A stretch of DNA of 56,126 bases, counting the filler, from Asterionella formosa (lineage: Eukaryota), in assembly GCA_002256025.1 (NCBI GenBank). It is 5 parts of 5 records of this genome, joined end to end, with 100 filler letters (N's around TTAATTAATTAA, not from the genome) between each part and the next. Parts side by side here need not be neighbours in the genome. Positions count along the whole stretch, not along the records: positions 11,257 to 22,412 come from NKIB01008791.1; 4 more parts are not named here. One strand, 5' to 3'. The notes beneath the pieces are model-generated. The model was given only the letters and a program-made list of their open reading frames with translations. It did not search any database and was not told the origin of the DNA. A program made the translations under genes and the position numbers. This document shows, in pieces, positions 11,257-22,512 of the stretch; position 1 is the first letter of the stretch; each line of letters starts with the position of its first letter.

Positions 11257-12442
11257 TATTGATCACAGCGGAGGGACCATTGCTGGCGACTCAGGAATCG
11301 AGAACATGATTCTGAATGAAAAGACAACTAGCAAGGAGAACATGAATGATCAACAGTTAAGTGAACTCAAGGCAGAGGTACTCGAGCGATTCACAGCAGT
11401 AGCATTCCTAGTAGGAGCTGATCGTGTGCGCTACGGCCGTCTGGTTGAAAATATGGAGAACGACTTCCTACAAGGACGAAACAACTACCCCGAGACTGTC
11501 AGTGCAGCCTACCATCTACTAACAAACTGGAAGCAGGATCCACGGCATGGGCTACGCGAAGTAGGGCCAGTTGGTGATGGCGTATCCTTTCACAATGTGG
11601 ATTACGAAGATGGAACGACACTGAACAACAACAGCGAGAATGGCGCGCGGAAAAGGCCAAAAGGAAAGGCACACATCATGTGCCACCGATGCCAAAAGAA
11701 GGGCACTACGCTACGGAATGCGAGGAGCCTGCACCTGTCCCTAGGAATTTGACCACCAGTACTCCTCCCACAGCTGAAACGACATCAACCCAGTCCGCCA
11801 CCACACTACTAATGGATGGTGTGCATGAGGGAGAATTCGAGGAAAATGTACACTTCCAATTTCTAAATCAAGGAGGAGTGAGTCTGAAAATTGGGCCCGA
11901 TGGAAGGCTACCACATACATGGATACTATTAGACAATCAGTCAACAGTTGATGTGTTCCATAACGCGGAACTCCTACGCAACATCCGTGTCCACACCAGT
12001 AAGATGGATATCCACTGCAACGCTGGTATAATCAGCACCCAACTCGTCTCATAGGAGACCTTCATGGATATGGAACAGTATGGTACAACCCAAAGGGAAT
12101 CGCGAACATCCTGTCCCTCGCATGTGTCAAGGAGCATGGATACAGGGTAACATTTGATAGCAGCCAGGGCAATGCATTCCATGTTCACAAACCTGACGGA
12201 ACCTATAGAGTGTTCAAAGAATCAATGAAAGGCCTATACTACATGGATACAAAGGATCGCTCTGGAGTCACACTTATCAATACAGTAGACGATAACCGTA
12301 CTAGCTACTCCCAACGTGACTACTCACAAGCTGTGCTAGCCCGAAAGATACAGAAGATTATTGGACGTCCTAGTACCCGCACATTCATCAAGATTGTCGA
12401 GAACAACCTGTTCCCAAACTGCCCAATCACACGCGATGACAT
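11257..12442 (+). mobile_element. CoDi-type Ty1/Copia gag-pol fragment (gag, CCHC knuckle, aspartic protease, start of GAG-pre-integrase), frameshifted and truncated
   Basis: Motifs AFLVGADRVRYGRLVENMENDFLQGRNNYP, CHRCQK/EGHYATEC (split by a frameshift), WILLDNQSTVDVF, FKESMKGLYYMD and ARKIQKIIGRPS...NCPITRDDI. Cut at 12442 by the inverted-repeat segment. Confidence 0.9.
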
Positions 12443-12746
12443 TATACCATGCATAGCAGGTATGATCCCATCTTTTCATGTATCGACGTCACAATGTTTT
12501 TCGTTATGTATTGCGAAAACTTTCTTTTCTTGTCATGTGCTTTACTAGTACGACGTATCTTTTCATGAAGCAGCAGGCATTGTTTGTTAACATGACAGAA
12601 CGATTTCAAAAATATAGATGCCATGAATATAGTAATAAAATTTGTAAATATATATATATATATTAAGTGTTATACATTTATAAAATTCAAAGGCGCTCTC
12701 GATATGGAACATCTGATATGGTTGAGATGATCATACTCGCATATAC
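12443..12746. repeat. Left arm of a ~300-bp inverted repeat (partner 16017-16338)
   Basis: Near-identical reverse complement from TATACCATGCATAGCAGG to CTCGCATATAC. The arms differ mainly in (TA)n length, and the ORF track shows twin peptides (12442/16157 and 12478/16097). Confidence 0.95.
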
Positions 12747-14338
12747 TTACGGGCAAGGTGAAATACTTGATCATAATGTTCATCCAAACTTGCATCTTTT
12801 CCTGGATCACGGACTTGACATAATCCATCATTTATAGCAAAAAGATAATGCACAAAATGATTGTTTTCCTCCTCATCTGATCTTTTGCAATACACAATAA
12901 GCACATAGTTACTTTTGTGATGAAGTGGATAACAATCACCTTGGTATATATATGGATTGTTATTTCCCTTTTCTGGGTTCTCATCAAGATCAAATATAAC
13001 CTTTACATCACTTGGATGAAGTTCATGAATTATATAATGGATCATAGAGGTAATTGTTTCAAGGTCCCAATATGCAAGATCTTTAAAATCTGAACATGAT
13101 TTTTTGATACCTTTGACTCCATAAAATACAGAGGCGTAATTGCATATATCTTGCGGGGTACGAGTGTACAAATCTTTCCACAATTTTAGTTGTCCATGCG
13201 ATTTTGGCAAACTCAAGGAAAATGCTGTTTGCTTTGGCATAATAACTCTACACATTTCACATGCCGACTCTTCACAAAAGTAGCTGCCTCCGGGATTATT
13301 TTCAATGATTTTACAAAGAAATCCTTTTTTTTCCATGTATGATTTGGAAAAAGATTCAATTTTGTTTTTCAGACTTCGTTCCCCACTCAGAGCATCAACT
13401 GCCTTAGCCAGTATCACATCTCTGTCTGCATTGATCTTCTTGAATTCGAGGTCTTGATCTAGCTCAGACTTTTTCTTGAATATCTTTTCTTTTAGAAATG
13501 CAATAGTTTCTCTGCTTTTATGATGTTCATGTTGATGTTCTGGATGGATAGTGAGATATGTTTCTTGGTTTTGCAACTTTTCAACCATTTCTACTTCTGA
13601 AGTGTTGTCTGCCACATTTCCGCCGATACTTTCATTCATCGCATGAATTTGTTCATCAAATGAATGACAATCACTGAGTTCTTCTTCATTATCAGCGATT
13701 TCGGGAGAATGAGGAGCAAAATATGACACTGGATGGTGGAACTGTGACTCTGTACAAATAGAGTCTTCATCCACGAAGACCAACTGTTTGGGTTTCCTCT
13801 GCTCTTCGAAAGCAATCTTTCCTTCTTTTCAATCTCAGCCACTATTGTATCGGCATACTTCATTATTTTTTCTGGAGTATTATGAATCTGTTCAAATTCA
13901 TTTGATCTTTGAGTGCATTCAAAGGAATCTTCGATTGATTTCATAACTTTCTTCATCTTCTTTTCCGAAAACATAAAGTCGTGTAGCGTAAACAATGGAA
14001 GTAAGTCTCGTTTCTTGTTTGACTGATACTTTCCATGAAATCCATGAAATGCCATTTGGAAAGTTGTCGAAGGGCCAGAAGACAATGATGTAAAACAGTG
14101 GAAGGGAAACGCGGAGCTTTTCGTGGAGCTTATTGCGGCGCCTGTGGAGGTGGAACTGGTGTGATGGTAACCGAGTGTAGTAATTGTTGAACAGAGCACA
14201 GTGTAATATGCGTGTTCCGCCAGCGTAGTGTTTACACAATACACATGCTGGCACATATATAGCTAAAACAAGGAAAGACGACACGACAATGAACGTGATG
14301 GCCGGTTGTTGAGGATACCGGTATGTGATATGCATCAA
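12731..14338 (-). pseudogene. Frameshifted gene: N-terminal Cys/His-rich (RING/PHD-like relic) region and C-terminal Ulp1/C48-like cysteine protease segment
   Basis: Three overlapping minus ORFs (13919..14338, 13636..14256, 12731..13783). CVLCKH..LHC..HQFH at the N-terminus. At the C-terminus, YWDLETITSMIHY and VLIVYC..NNHFVHYLF..CQVRDPG resemble the Ulp1 W-L-x-D and His/Asp motifs. No catalytic Q...C motif before the stop. Confidence 0.4.
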
Positions 14339-14458
14339 TTAATATCACAAATCATATTATAGTGATGTACATATCAACGCATCCGTATACTTAGATCCTA
14401 TCCACTGTATAATACTATCATATTAACTGTTGACTTTAACTGTATACATTAAACGACA

Positions 14459-14493
<35 letters not shown>

Positions 14494-14599
14494 TAACATA
14501 CTTTATGATTGCTTGATTTATATTCTATGATGTCTTGGTAACACTTGCGTATATATTTTATCGTATTTTATTGTCATTGTACTATTTTTACATAGAATT

Positions 14600-14871
14600 T
14601 CGTTGTTGTTGCAAAAATCAGAGTGATGACGGATGGAAATGACGAGCCGAATAACATTACTTCAGCTGGTACATTATCCTACCAAGAAATTCGAATACAG
14701 GAATCTAATAGAAACAATACATAATAATTAAATATATGTACTCAAAAGGGTTACTATTTAAATTACAAGGGCATTTATCATAATTATTAGATGATATAAC
14801 GAAAAATTATGATCAGATTATCACAATCCTATGATGCATCATGGAAATATGATATTTTTTATTTGCAGACG
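14600..14871 (+). repeat. Dispersed ~270-bp repeat including a 200-nt GT-AG intron-like block (14669-14868); second copy at 54212-54488
   Basis: CTG|GTACATTATCCTACCAAGAAAT...ATGATGCATCATGGAAATATGAT...TTTATTTG(C/G)AG|ACG is present at both sites. Confidence 0.9.
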
Positions 14872-15284
14872 GTGTATTAGCAGCTGATGGTGTCCCCATC
14901 GATGATTGGGTATTACCCCCAACGTCTCCCATTCGCCGATTGGGTTGCATTGGATAATCCTCACCTGTTCGCTTTTTCTTTGTTAACTCATTTTGGAACT
15001 TGCTTCTTTGTTCCTTACCGGCAGTATTTGCCACATGTCGCTTGTTTCCATGAACCTCTTTATGGTTTCTTGAAGACATTGTACTATTAGATAACTGTTG
15101 TCGTTGTTTTCCTTAAAGTTCGATGATCTTAAATTCAGGTGTTGCTAGTTACAATGAAATGAATCATCAGCCACTACAAATAATTTTTTACGCTGTCTAC
15201 ATATGATGATACCATATGACCAACAGTGCTATTTACATTATCATATACAAAATCAGAACCAAGTTTGAGTAATAGCAAATCTTG

Positions 15285-15740
15285 TTTTCAATTATATGAT
15301 TATACGATCCTGATACTATGATGCTTTACTGTCCCACGGTAGTAGCAACAGTCCTGAACATATGGTATTCTGTTGCTCGCTTACTACTCCGACTACCGTT
15401 TTTCAGTTTTACGATCATACAATCCTAAAACTATAATGATTTACTGTCCCACTGTAGTAGCAGCAGTCATGAACATATGGTGTTCTGTTGCTTGCTTATT
15501 ACTCCGACTATCTTTTTTAGTATTATGATCATATGATCCTAAAATTATGATGATTTACTGTCCCGCTGCAGTAGCAGCAGTCATAGACATAAGGTGTTCT
15601 GTTGCTCGCTTATTACTCCGACTATTGGTTTTTAGTTTTACAAACATATGATCCTAAAACTATGATGATTTACTGTCCCACTGCAGTAGCAACAGTCCTG
15701 AACATATGGTGTTCTGTTGCTAGTTTACTACTCCGACTAC
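15285..15740. repeat. Tandem array of four 114-115-bp units
   Basis: The conserved block TGTCCC...ACTCCGA lies at 15330-15392, 15445-15507, 15559-15621 and 15674-15736, separated by 52, 51 and 52 nt AT-rich blocks that are also similar to each other. Confidence 0.95.
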
Positions 15741-16016
15741 CCCCAGTATATCACTTACTACCTGCTACTGGTACTCTGTATATATATATGATATATTGTT
15801 ATTGTCATATGATGTCTCGGTACACATGAAGAGCTCCCGCCCAAAAAAGGGGCTTAAACAATTTGCTTTCAAAACTCTTGCAGCAATTGAATGGTCTAAA
15901 TAATTAGTTTCAACGGACGTAGAAAATATCGATGCAAACAAATTTCAGAAACAATACCAGTACACGCAGTCGTGGAAAACAATGGACATATAGTGCATTG
16001 AGTATTTTCGAATTAT

Positions 16017-16098
16017 GTATATGCGAGTATGATCATCTCAACCATATCAGATGTTCCATATCGAGAGCGCCTTTAAATTTTATAAATGTATAACACTT

Positions 16099-16136
<38 letters not shown>

Positions 16137-16338
16137 CAAATTTTATTACTATATTCATGGCATATATATTTTTGAAATCGTTTTGTCATGTTAACAAACA
16201 ATGCCTGCTGCTTCATGAAAAGATACGTCGTAGTAGTAAAGCACATGACAAGAAAAGAAAGTTTTCGCAATACATAACGAAAAACATTGTGACGTCGATA
16301 CATGAAAAGATGGGATCATACCTGCTATGCATGGTATA
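16017..16338. repeat. Right arm of the inverted repeat; a further partial direct copy lies at ~16515-16610
   Basis: Reverse complement of 12443-12746. TGCTTCATGAAAAGATA...GCACATGACAAGAAAAGAAAG recurs at ~16520-16570. Confidence 0.95.
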
Positions 16339-18255
16339 TATTAATTATAAATGTTCGATTTTACAACGAAATGTCCTGAATTACAATCCATTCATAAGTT
16401 AAAGATCATGACCCACCGCAATCAAATAATATTCATCTTATGTCATGCATATACAACGCAGCCATCAATCCTTGGGTTGCTTATGACATGAGAATGAAAT
16501 GCAATTAAGCTTATGCATTCTGCTTCATGAAAAGATATGTCGTAGTAAAGCACATGACAAGAAAAGAAAGTCTACGCAATACGTAACGAAAAACATTGTG
16601 GCTTCGACACATTGCGCATTCGAGGGATGGAGAATGATTAAGGTAATGAAGCCATCAATGTGGTAGCTACTACTTGGATGACAATCGTTGGGAGGCAGGA
16701 CAACAACAAATTGTTAACTAAATGCAGCCACATTTCCTTTTTTCTCAGTTGATTCAACAGCTCGATTTGCTTGTTGGGGAGCACCAATGTAAAACAAAAC
16801 CATATTGCATAAGTGCTCTTGTCGCTCGTTGGACCTATTCACTTCTGTTGGAACAAAGCTGACAAAATGTTTACCTTCTCTCAAAGTTAAGCTGACAAAA
16901 ATGAACCGGTAAGTTTCATTCCACAACATTGGATACCCGAAACTTACTTATTCAAGAATTTACTGACAATTTACTGTAATAGACTTATGCATCAGTTGCA
17001 TTGATTTGTGGTAAGTGAAGCAAGAGGATACGATGGAAATGCGTGTTCTTGTGTCAATGTAACATGACTACTAGCTAACAAATCATTCCTTCTCATTGTT
17101 TCTGTAACTGCATAGGACCATAAAACCAATCAAACAACGGAATAGTCGGCGAGTTCAGAGTGACACTAACAGATGTAACGACTATGCGAATCTTTTTGTG
17201 CCAGTTGTTCAATAATTTCATCCGAATGCTCCTGAATTGAAAGGGTTTGCTGCAATGTCTAGTGTGACATACCGGTACATAGTTCTGTGATACGTGGTAC
17301 TGTGATGTATGTACTAGTAGTGATGCACTACTGTAATACAGTACCAGGTACGGTATGGACTTGATATGCATCTACACTACATCTACCTACATTCCTATCG
17401 TAGAAGAATATCCTGAGTAATATTATAATTTTCCATTTCATCTTTTGATATTGCATTGACATGAAGAGATTTCCCTTTAATGGACCTAAGTAAATTTCTT
17501 TAGTTCTATAGGATAGCGCACATTTTTCTTAGATGTTTTAATATGACAATTATTTCCGTCTTTGTGAAAAATGAGAGAGTTCTTCATCTCGCAAGAAAAA
17601 CGCGACTTCATGTTGTAATCGGCGATCTCAATTTTCGTTGTCATTATTAGTGTTATTACTTTACTTCTTTTACGATTGTATTTTCCATGTCGTTCTTAAT
17701 ACAGATACTAAGTAGCAAAGCGTCGTTTCTCTATTTTCGTGGAGATAATTCGTATTTTCGTCATGGTCAAGGTTGCGACAACATCATGAAGGATTCTCCA
17801 GCTGCTCACAGCCACTACCTGTCGTCTCTTGTGTTTTGTTTGTACAAAAGAATCGCAAAATGGTAGCTAAATAATTATATACTAGTGCCTACGAGGACAA
17901 AAAGAATTATAGCACGTTTCTTTGTCTATGACAAGAAAATTATTGTGTGTTTGGTTCCACCTCGAGAAAAATGTACGGGTCCAGCAACCATAGGGGGGGG
18001 TCCAGGACAATGAAGTATACGGTAGTGCGCATGGTTTCAACATGAATATGGATGATGAGGATAGACAAACGAATTACGTAGAATTCGACGACAAGTGGTA
18101 GAGAAGAAAACACGAGAATTCCTTTTTAATCACGACGATGAGAAAAGGAGTGTTGACACAAAACACATTGCTCTCGAACAAGAACCTCTTCTTCCACAAG
18201 AAGTCGCTCGAATAAACAATAGACAACTTCATTTACCTTCAAGACGACGTTGACA

Positions 18256-20436
18256 ATGCTTCGATTATTTGGTTGGTACAGCGAACCATCAGCAGCCAAC
18301 ACAACTCAGCCAATCTCAACACCTAATGCAGCACATCATCCTTCTTCAGAATTAGAAAAATCTGTCGAACGGTTGAAAAATAATGATCCAAGTTTGACTT
18401 ACCTTTCTCTCAGTTATAAGTCAATTGGTGTTGCTGGCACCATTGCCATTGCAGAGGCTCTCAAGGGCAATACTGTCTTGACTGAACTTCATCTCCAAGG
18501 TAATTTCATTGGTAACGATGGTGCCGAGGCCATTGCAGATGCCCTCCAGGATAACAGAGACTTAACTACACTGCATCTCTCTGATGATTCAATTGGTGTT
18601 AAGGGCGCCAAGGCCATTGCAAAGGCTCTCATGAGCAATACTGTCTTGACTAAACTTAGTCTCAATTATAATTCCATCGGCGATGATGGCGCCAAGGACA
18701 TTGCAGCGGTACTCAATATGAATACTCTCTTGACTGAACTTGGTCTCAAATATAATTCAATTAATGTTGATGGCGCCAAGGACATTGCAAAGGCCCTTAT
18801 GAACAATAATGTCTTGACCAAACTTGATCTCAATGGTAATCGGATTGGTGATGATGGTGCCAAGGCCATTGCAAATGCTCTCAAGAACAATAAAGTCTTG
18901 ACTACACTTGATCTCAATAGCACTTCAATTGGTGATGATGGCGCAAAGGCCATTGCAGCGGCCCTCAAGGTCAATACTTTCTTGACTAAACTTGATCTCC
19001 AATTTAATTCCATTGGTGTTGATGGTGCCAAGGCCATTGCAGAAGTTCTTAAGATGAATCCCGACTTGACTAAACTTGATCTCAAAAGAATTGGACATGC
19101 CGTGCAAGCTGAGCTTTTCGAGATGGGAATCTGTCCTTATCATGCAGACATTCAGCTTAGCAGAACATCTTTGTTTGGAGGTTGTAAGATTGTGCGAGAC
19201 AGCTGCCCCAGATGCGATCATGAACGCATGAATATCCATGGGCCTACTGCCACTTCAATGTCATCTCTGATTGCTGCAATTATTTCAAAGATGAAAATGA
19301 ATGAGCGGTATGCTAAGATTCAAAAAGAAAGTCTCTTGGAGCTTGCCAAATTGGCTTTGAATAATGACAAGAACAGGCTGGCAATTGCTAAAGCAGGAGG
19401 TATCCCTACGATTCTATTTGCAATGCACAACCATTCCTCCAATGCTAATGTGCAACACTATGGTTTTGCAGCACTTATGAACTTGGCTGTAAATGGCAAC
19501 AACCAGGTGGCGATTGCTAAAGCAGGAGGTATCACTACAATCCTGTCGGCAATGAACAATCATTCTTCTAATGCTGATGTGCAACACTATGGTTGTGGAG
19601 CACTTTTGAGCTTGGCTGGCAATCATGACAACAACAACAACGAGGCGATTGTTGATGCAGGAGGTATCACTAAGATCCTTTCTGCAATGAACAATCATTC
19701 TTCCAATGCTGATGTGCAACACTATGGTTGTGGAGCACTATTGAGCTTGGCTTATAATAATGACAACAACAAGGTGACGATTGCTAAAGCAGGAGGTATC
19801 ACTACAATCCTGTCTGCGATGAACAATCATTCTTCTAATGCTGATGTGCAACACTATGGTTGTGGAGCACTTTGGAACTTGGCTGTGAATAATGACAACA
19901 ACAGGGTGACGATTGCTGAAGCAGGAGGTATCACTACGATTCTGTCTGCTATGAAGACTCATTCCTCCAATGCTAATGTACAACACTATGGTTGTGCAGC
20001 ACTTTGGAACTTGGCTGTGAATGATTATAACAAGGTGATGATTGCTAGTGCAAGAGGTATTAATATGATTGTGTCTGCAATGGAGAATCATTTAGGCAAT
20101 GATAAAGTGCAACACTATGGTTGTGCAGCACTTTGGAACTTAGCTTATAATAATGACAACAACAAGGTGACGATTGCTGAAGCAGGAGGTATCACTACGA
20201 TTCTGTTTGCGATGAAGGAACATTTGCCCAATGCTAATGTGCAAAAGTATGGTTGTGCAGCACTTAATAACTTGGCTGAGAATGTTGACAACAAGGTGAT
20301 GATTGCTAGTAAAAGAGGTATTGATATGATTGTATCTGCGATGAAGTATCACTTATCAAATGCAAATGTGCAACACTATGGTTGTGTGGCGCTTAATAAC
20401 TTGGCTGTGAATGATGATAACAAGGTGATGATTTGA
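18256..20436 (+). CDS. LRR (RI-like/NLRC3-type) + Cys/His zinc-ribbon-like + armadillo-repeat protein, 726 aa, apparently 3'-truncated
   Basis: About eight 28-aa LxxLxLxxNxIGxxGAxAIAxAL repeats; linker CPYH..IQL....FGG......CPRC; eight 41-43-aa ARM-like repeats (IAxAGGIxxILSAMxxHxSNAxVQHYGCxALxNLA). The ORF stops mid-repeat. Confidence 0.85.
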   Translation: MLRLFGWYSEPSAANTTQPISTPNAAHHPSSELEKSVERLKNNDPSLTYLSLSYKSIGVAGTIAIAEALKGNTVLTELHLQGNFIGNDGAEAIADALQDNRDLTTLHLSDDSIGVKGAKAIAKALMSNTVLTKLSLNYNSIGDDGAKDIAAVLNMNTLLTELGLKYNSINVDGAKDIAKALMNNNVLTKLDLNGNRIGDDGAKAIANALKNNKVLTTLDLNSTSIGDDGAKAIAAALKVNTFLTKLDLQFNSIGVDGAKAIAEVLKMNPDLTKLDLKRIGHAVQAELFEMGICPYHADIQLSRTSLFGGCKIVRDSCPRCDHERMNIHGPTATSMSSLIAAIISKMKMNERYAKIQKESLLELAKLALNNDKNRLAIAKAGGIPTILFAMHNHSSNANVQHYGFAALMNLAVNGNNQVAIAKAGGITTILSAMNNHSSNADVQHYGCGALLSLAGNHDNNNNEAIVDAGGITKILSAMNNHSSNADVQHYGCGALLSLAYNNDNNKVTIAKAGGITTILSAMNNHSSNADVQHYGCGALWNLAVNNDNNRVTIAEAGGITTILSAMKTHSSNANVQHYGCAALWNLAVNDYNKVMIASARGINMIVSAMENHLGNDKVQHYGCAALWNLAYNNDNNKVTIAEAGGITTILFAMKEHLPNANVQKYGCAALNNLAENVDNKVMIASKRGIDMIVSAMKYHLSNANVQHYGCVALNNLAVNDDNKVMI

Positions 20437-20439
20437 TGC

Positions 20440-21050
20440 CGTTCCCAGTCAACAAATTGTAAACGATAACAAGTCGTCTGCGAAGGAGACGGAAGATCAT
20501 GCAATCATGGTATCACAAGCTGTGATGGATTACATGAACAGCTTCACCGATGAATCCCTCAAGAAACAACCACCGGAGCTGATCATCATTTGCAGAAAAT
20601 CTTTGATCGTCTCGTTGTCTCTCGTCGAAAGCAGACGTATAAGTTTTATTCGTTTTGGCGCGGTCGGATTTTGAAATTGATCACTTCCCTTGAGACTAAC
20701 TGGTTGGGAACAGCTCAAGGATTGTATCGAGGCATGCAAAAATCATCGTCCACCACCAAAGATGTTCGTGGTGTTTCAAGCAGGAGGTCTCCATATTCGT
20801 CAACGGAATATTCGAATTCGCAGGAGTGATGCATTACAGCTGACGGGTATGCCCGGTGTTCCCGGAAAGGACCTGACACTGTTTCGTTGTACAATGCGCT
20901 CACAGCAAAAATGGTGGTTTCTGCAACCGGGAACGGATAGAGACATTGATTATTACCAGTACAAGTCGAAGGAAGATGAGGAGTTACAACCTCCCCCTTG
21001 CGTGGTTGGGTAACATGCCGAAATGCCGGCATTGATCCTCCACCTGCAGT
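20440..21050 (+). pseudogene. Frameshifted internal fragment resembling the N-terminal region of a large USP24/USP34-type deubiquitinase
   Basis: Frames join as QKIFDRL..FYSFWRGRILKLITS / LRLTGWEQLKDCIEA / LTLFRCTMRSQQKWWFL.PGTDRDIDYYQYKSKEDEE..PPP / GWVTCRNAGIDPPP. Family assignment is from memory of diatom proteins and was not searched. Confidence 0.45.
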
Positions 21051-21187
21051 TGTGGGGCGGAGGTCTGATGGTAGGTACCAAAGGGTGAAGAGTTAAATAC
21101 TCTTGAGCACTTACTAGCAAGATGGGCAATTGAAAATAACATTGTTGAACTTGTCTTGGGCGCATCGTTGCACCGTGAAGTTGTAAA

Positions 21188-21263
21188 TAGGGTTAGGGTT
21201 AGGGTAAAGGGAAGACGCCTCTAGGCGTCATCCCTATAGAGCATCCAGCCCTCTAGGGCTGGA
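21188..21263 (+). other. (TTAGGG)n tract followed by two hairpins; possible Helentron/Helitron2-type 3' end
   Basis: TAGGGTTAGGGTTAGGGTAAAGGG, then GGGAAGACGCC-TCTA-GGCGTCATCCC (21209-21234) and TCCAGCCC-TCTA-GGGCTGGA (21244-21263). Both loops are TCTA. Confidence 0.45.
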
Positions 21264-21784
21264 CATGTAACTGTAGTACGCAGTATGACTATTCCTACAG
21301 ATGGAAACTGGTATGGGAATGAATATGTAAGTACTGGTTGTTTGTTTTTGATATGAATATGTAGAAGGGCACTGTTTTTGTACTTACCAGAGTGATTGTC
21401 ATGTAAAATGTTACACATTATGTTATGCATGTCATATATTTATATAATTCGCATTCGCGGGTGCGTCCTGATTATCATGGTGGAGTGGAAATATTCGTTA
21501 TTTCTTTTTGGCCGTGGGCACGGCATCAGTTGCGGCATGTTTATATGGTTTGAAAGATGTAATTGGTATCGGTACGAAAAAGAATTTTATGTCATATGTG
21601 AAGATGAGTTGGGTTCACTGAATCGAGTAAAGACGTTGTCATTTGGACAAGAATTGGATGAGAAACAATGGACGGTGTGATCGTCATGGTGTGTTTGTTT
21701 TTGATGTCAATGATAATGGTTGTATGACAAAGTTGTACCTTTGTATATTTGTACTGGTTTACTGGTACTGATTTGAAATGACGA

Positions 21785-22180
21785 TCGGTATTTTGTTATG
21801 ATTATTGGTACGTGGTACCTGGTAGGTCATTGATCTATCCGGTAGCATGTCCTACGTAGACACAGAAGAGATCCTTTTTTTTACTGTACAGTATATGTAC
21901 GGTATTTTGTTATGATTATTTTTATGTAGCTGCACATACGTGTATTTGTTCAGTACCTGGTACCTGGTATGATGTATTGGTACGTGGTACCTTGAAGTTC
22001 ATTGATCTATCCGGTAGCATGTCTTCCGTAGACAGAGAAGAGATCGTTTTTTTACTGTACAGTATAATGTATAGATTTATACTGGTGACGGGCACTGATT
22101 TGAAATGTTCAGTATAATGTATTTGTACTTGTACTTGTACCTTTGTTGATTTATGCTGGTGACCGACACTGATTTGAAAT
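21785..22180. repeat. Cluster of local direct repeats
   Basis: A ~90-bp repeat at 21805-21895 and 21977-22065; GGTATTTTGTTATGATTATT twice; ACTGATTTGAAAT three times. Confidence 0.85.
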
Positions 22181-22412
22181 TATGGTACCTGGGATTTGGT
22201 ACAGTCACAGGCACGTCCTTATTTTGTTTGTATGTTCTTCTTTGTTGTTCAGGTAGTATTTACTTCATACCAAGAAGAGAGAGCCTTAACCCTAACCCTA
22301 ACAGCAGTATTTTGAAATTATGGTCGGCAGTTTTTATGTATACATCGGATTATTTGTATTCCTTCTTTATGTTTTTTAAATTCTTAGTTATATTTCAAAT
22401 TTTTGCAATTTA

Positions 22413-22512
22413 NNNNNNNNNNNNNNNNNNNNNNNNNNNNNNNNNNNNNNNNNNNNTTAATTAATTAANNNNNNNNNNNNNNNNNNNNNNNNNNNNNNNN
22501 NNNNNNNNNNNN
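22413..22512. other. Artificial scaffold linker
   Basis: N44-TTAATTAATTAA-N44. Confidence 0.97.

Noticed and set aside
10950..12442. LTR at the end of scaffold 1 belonging to the Copia starting at 11257
   Set aside because: An artificial linker separates them, and the LTR identity of 10950-11156 is unsupported.
15285..15740. CRISPR-like array
   Set aside because: The 'spacers' are similar to one another, the units are 114-115 bp, there are no cas genes and the context is eukaryotic.
21188..22302. True telomeres
   Set aside because: Only 2-3 TTAGGG units, internal to the scaffold and in both orientations.
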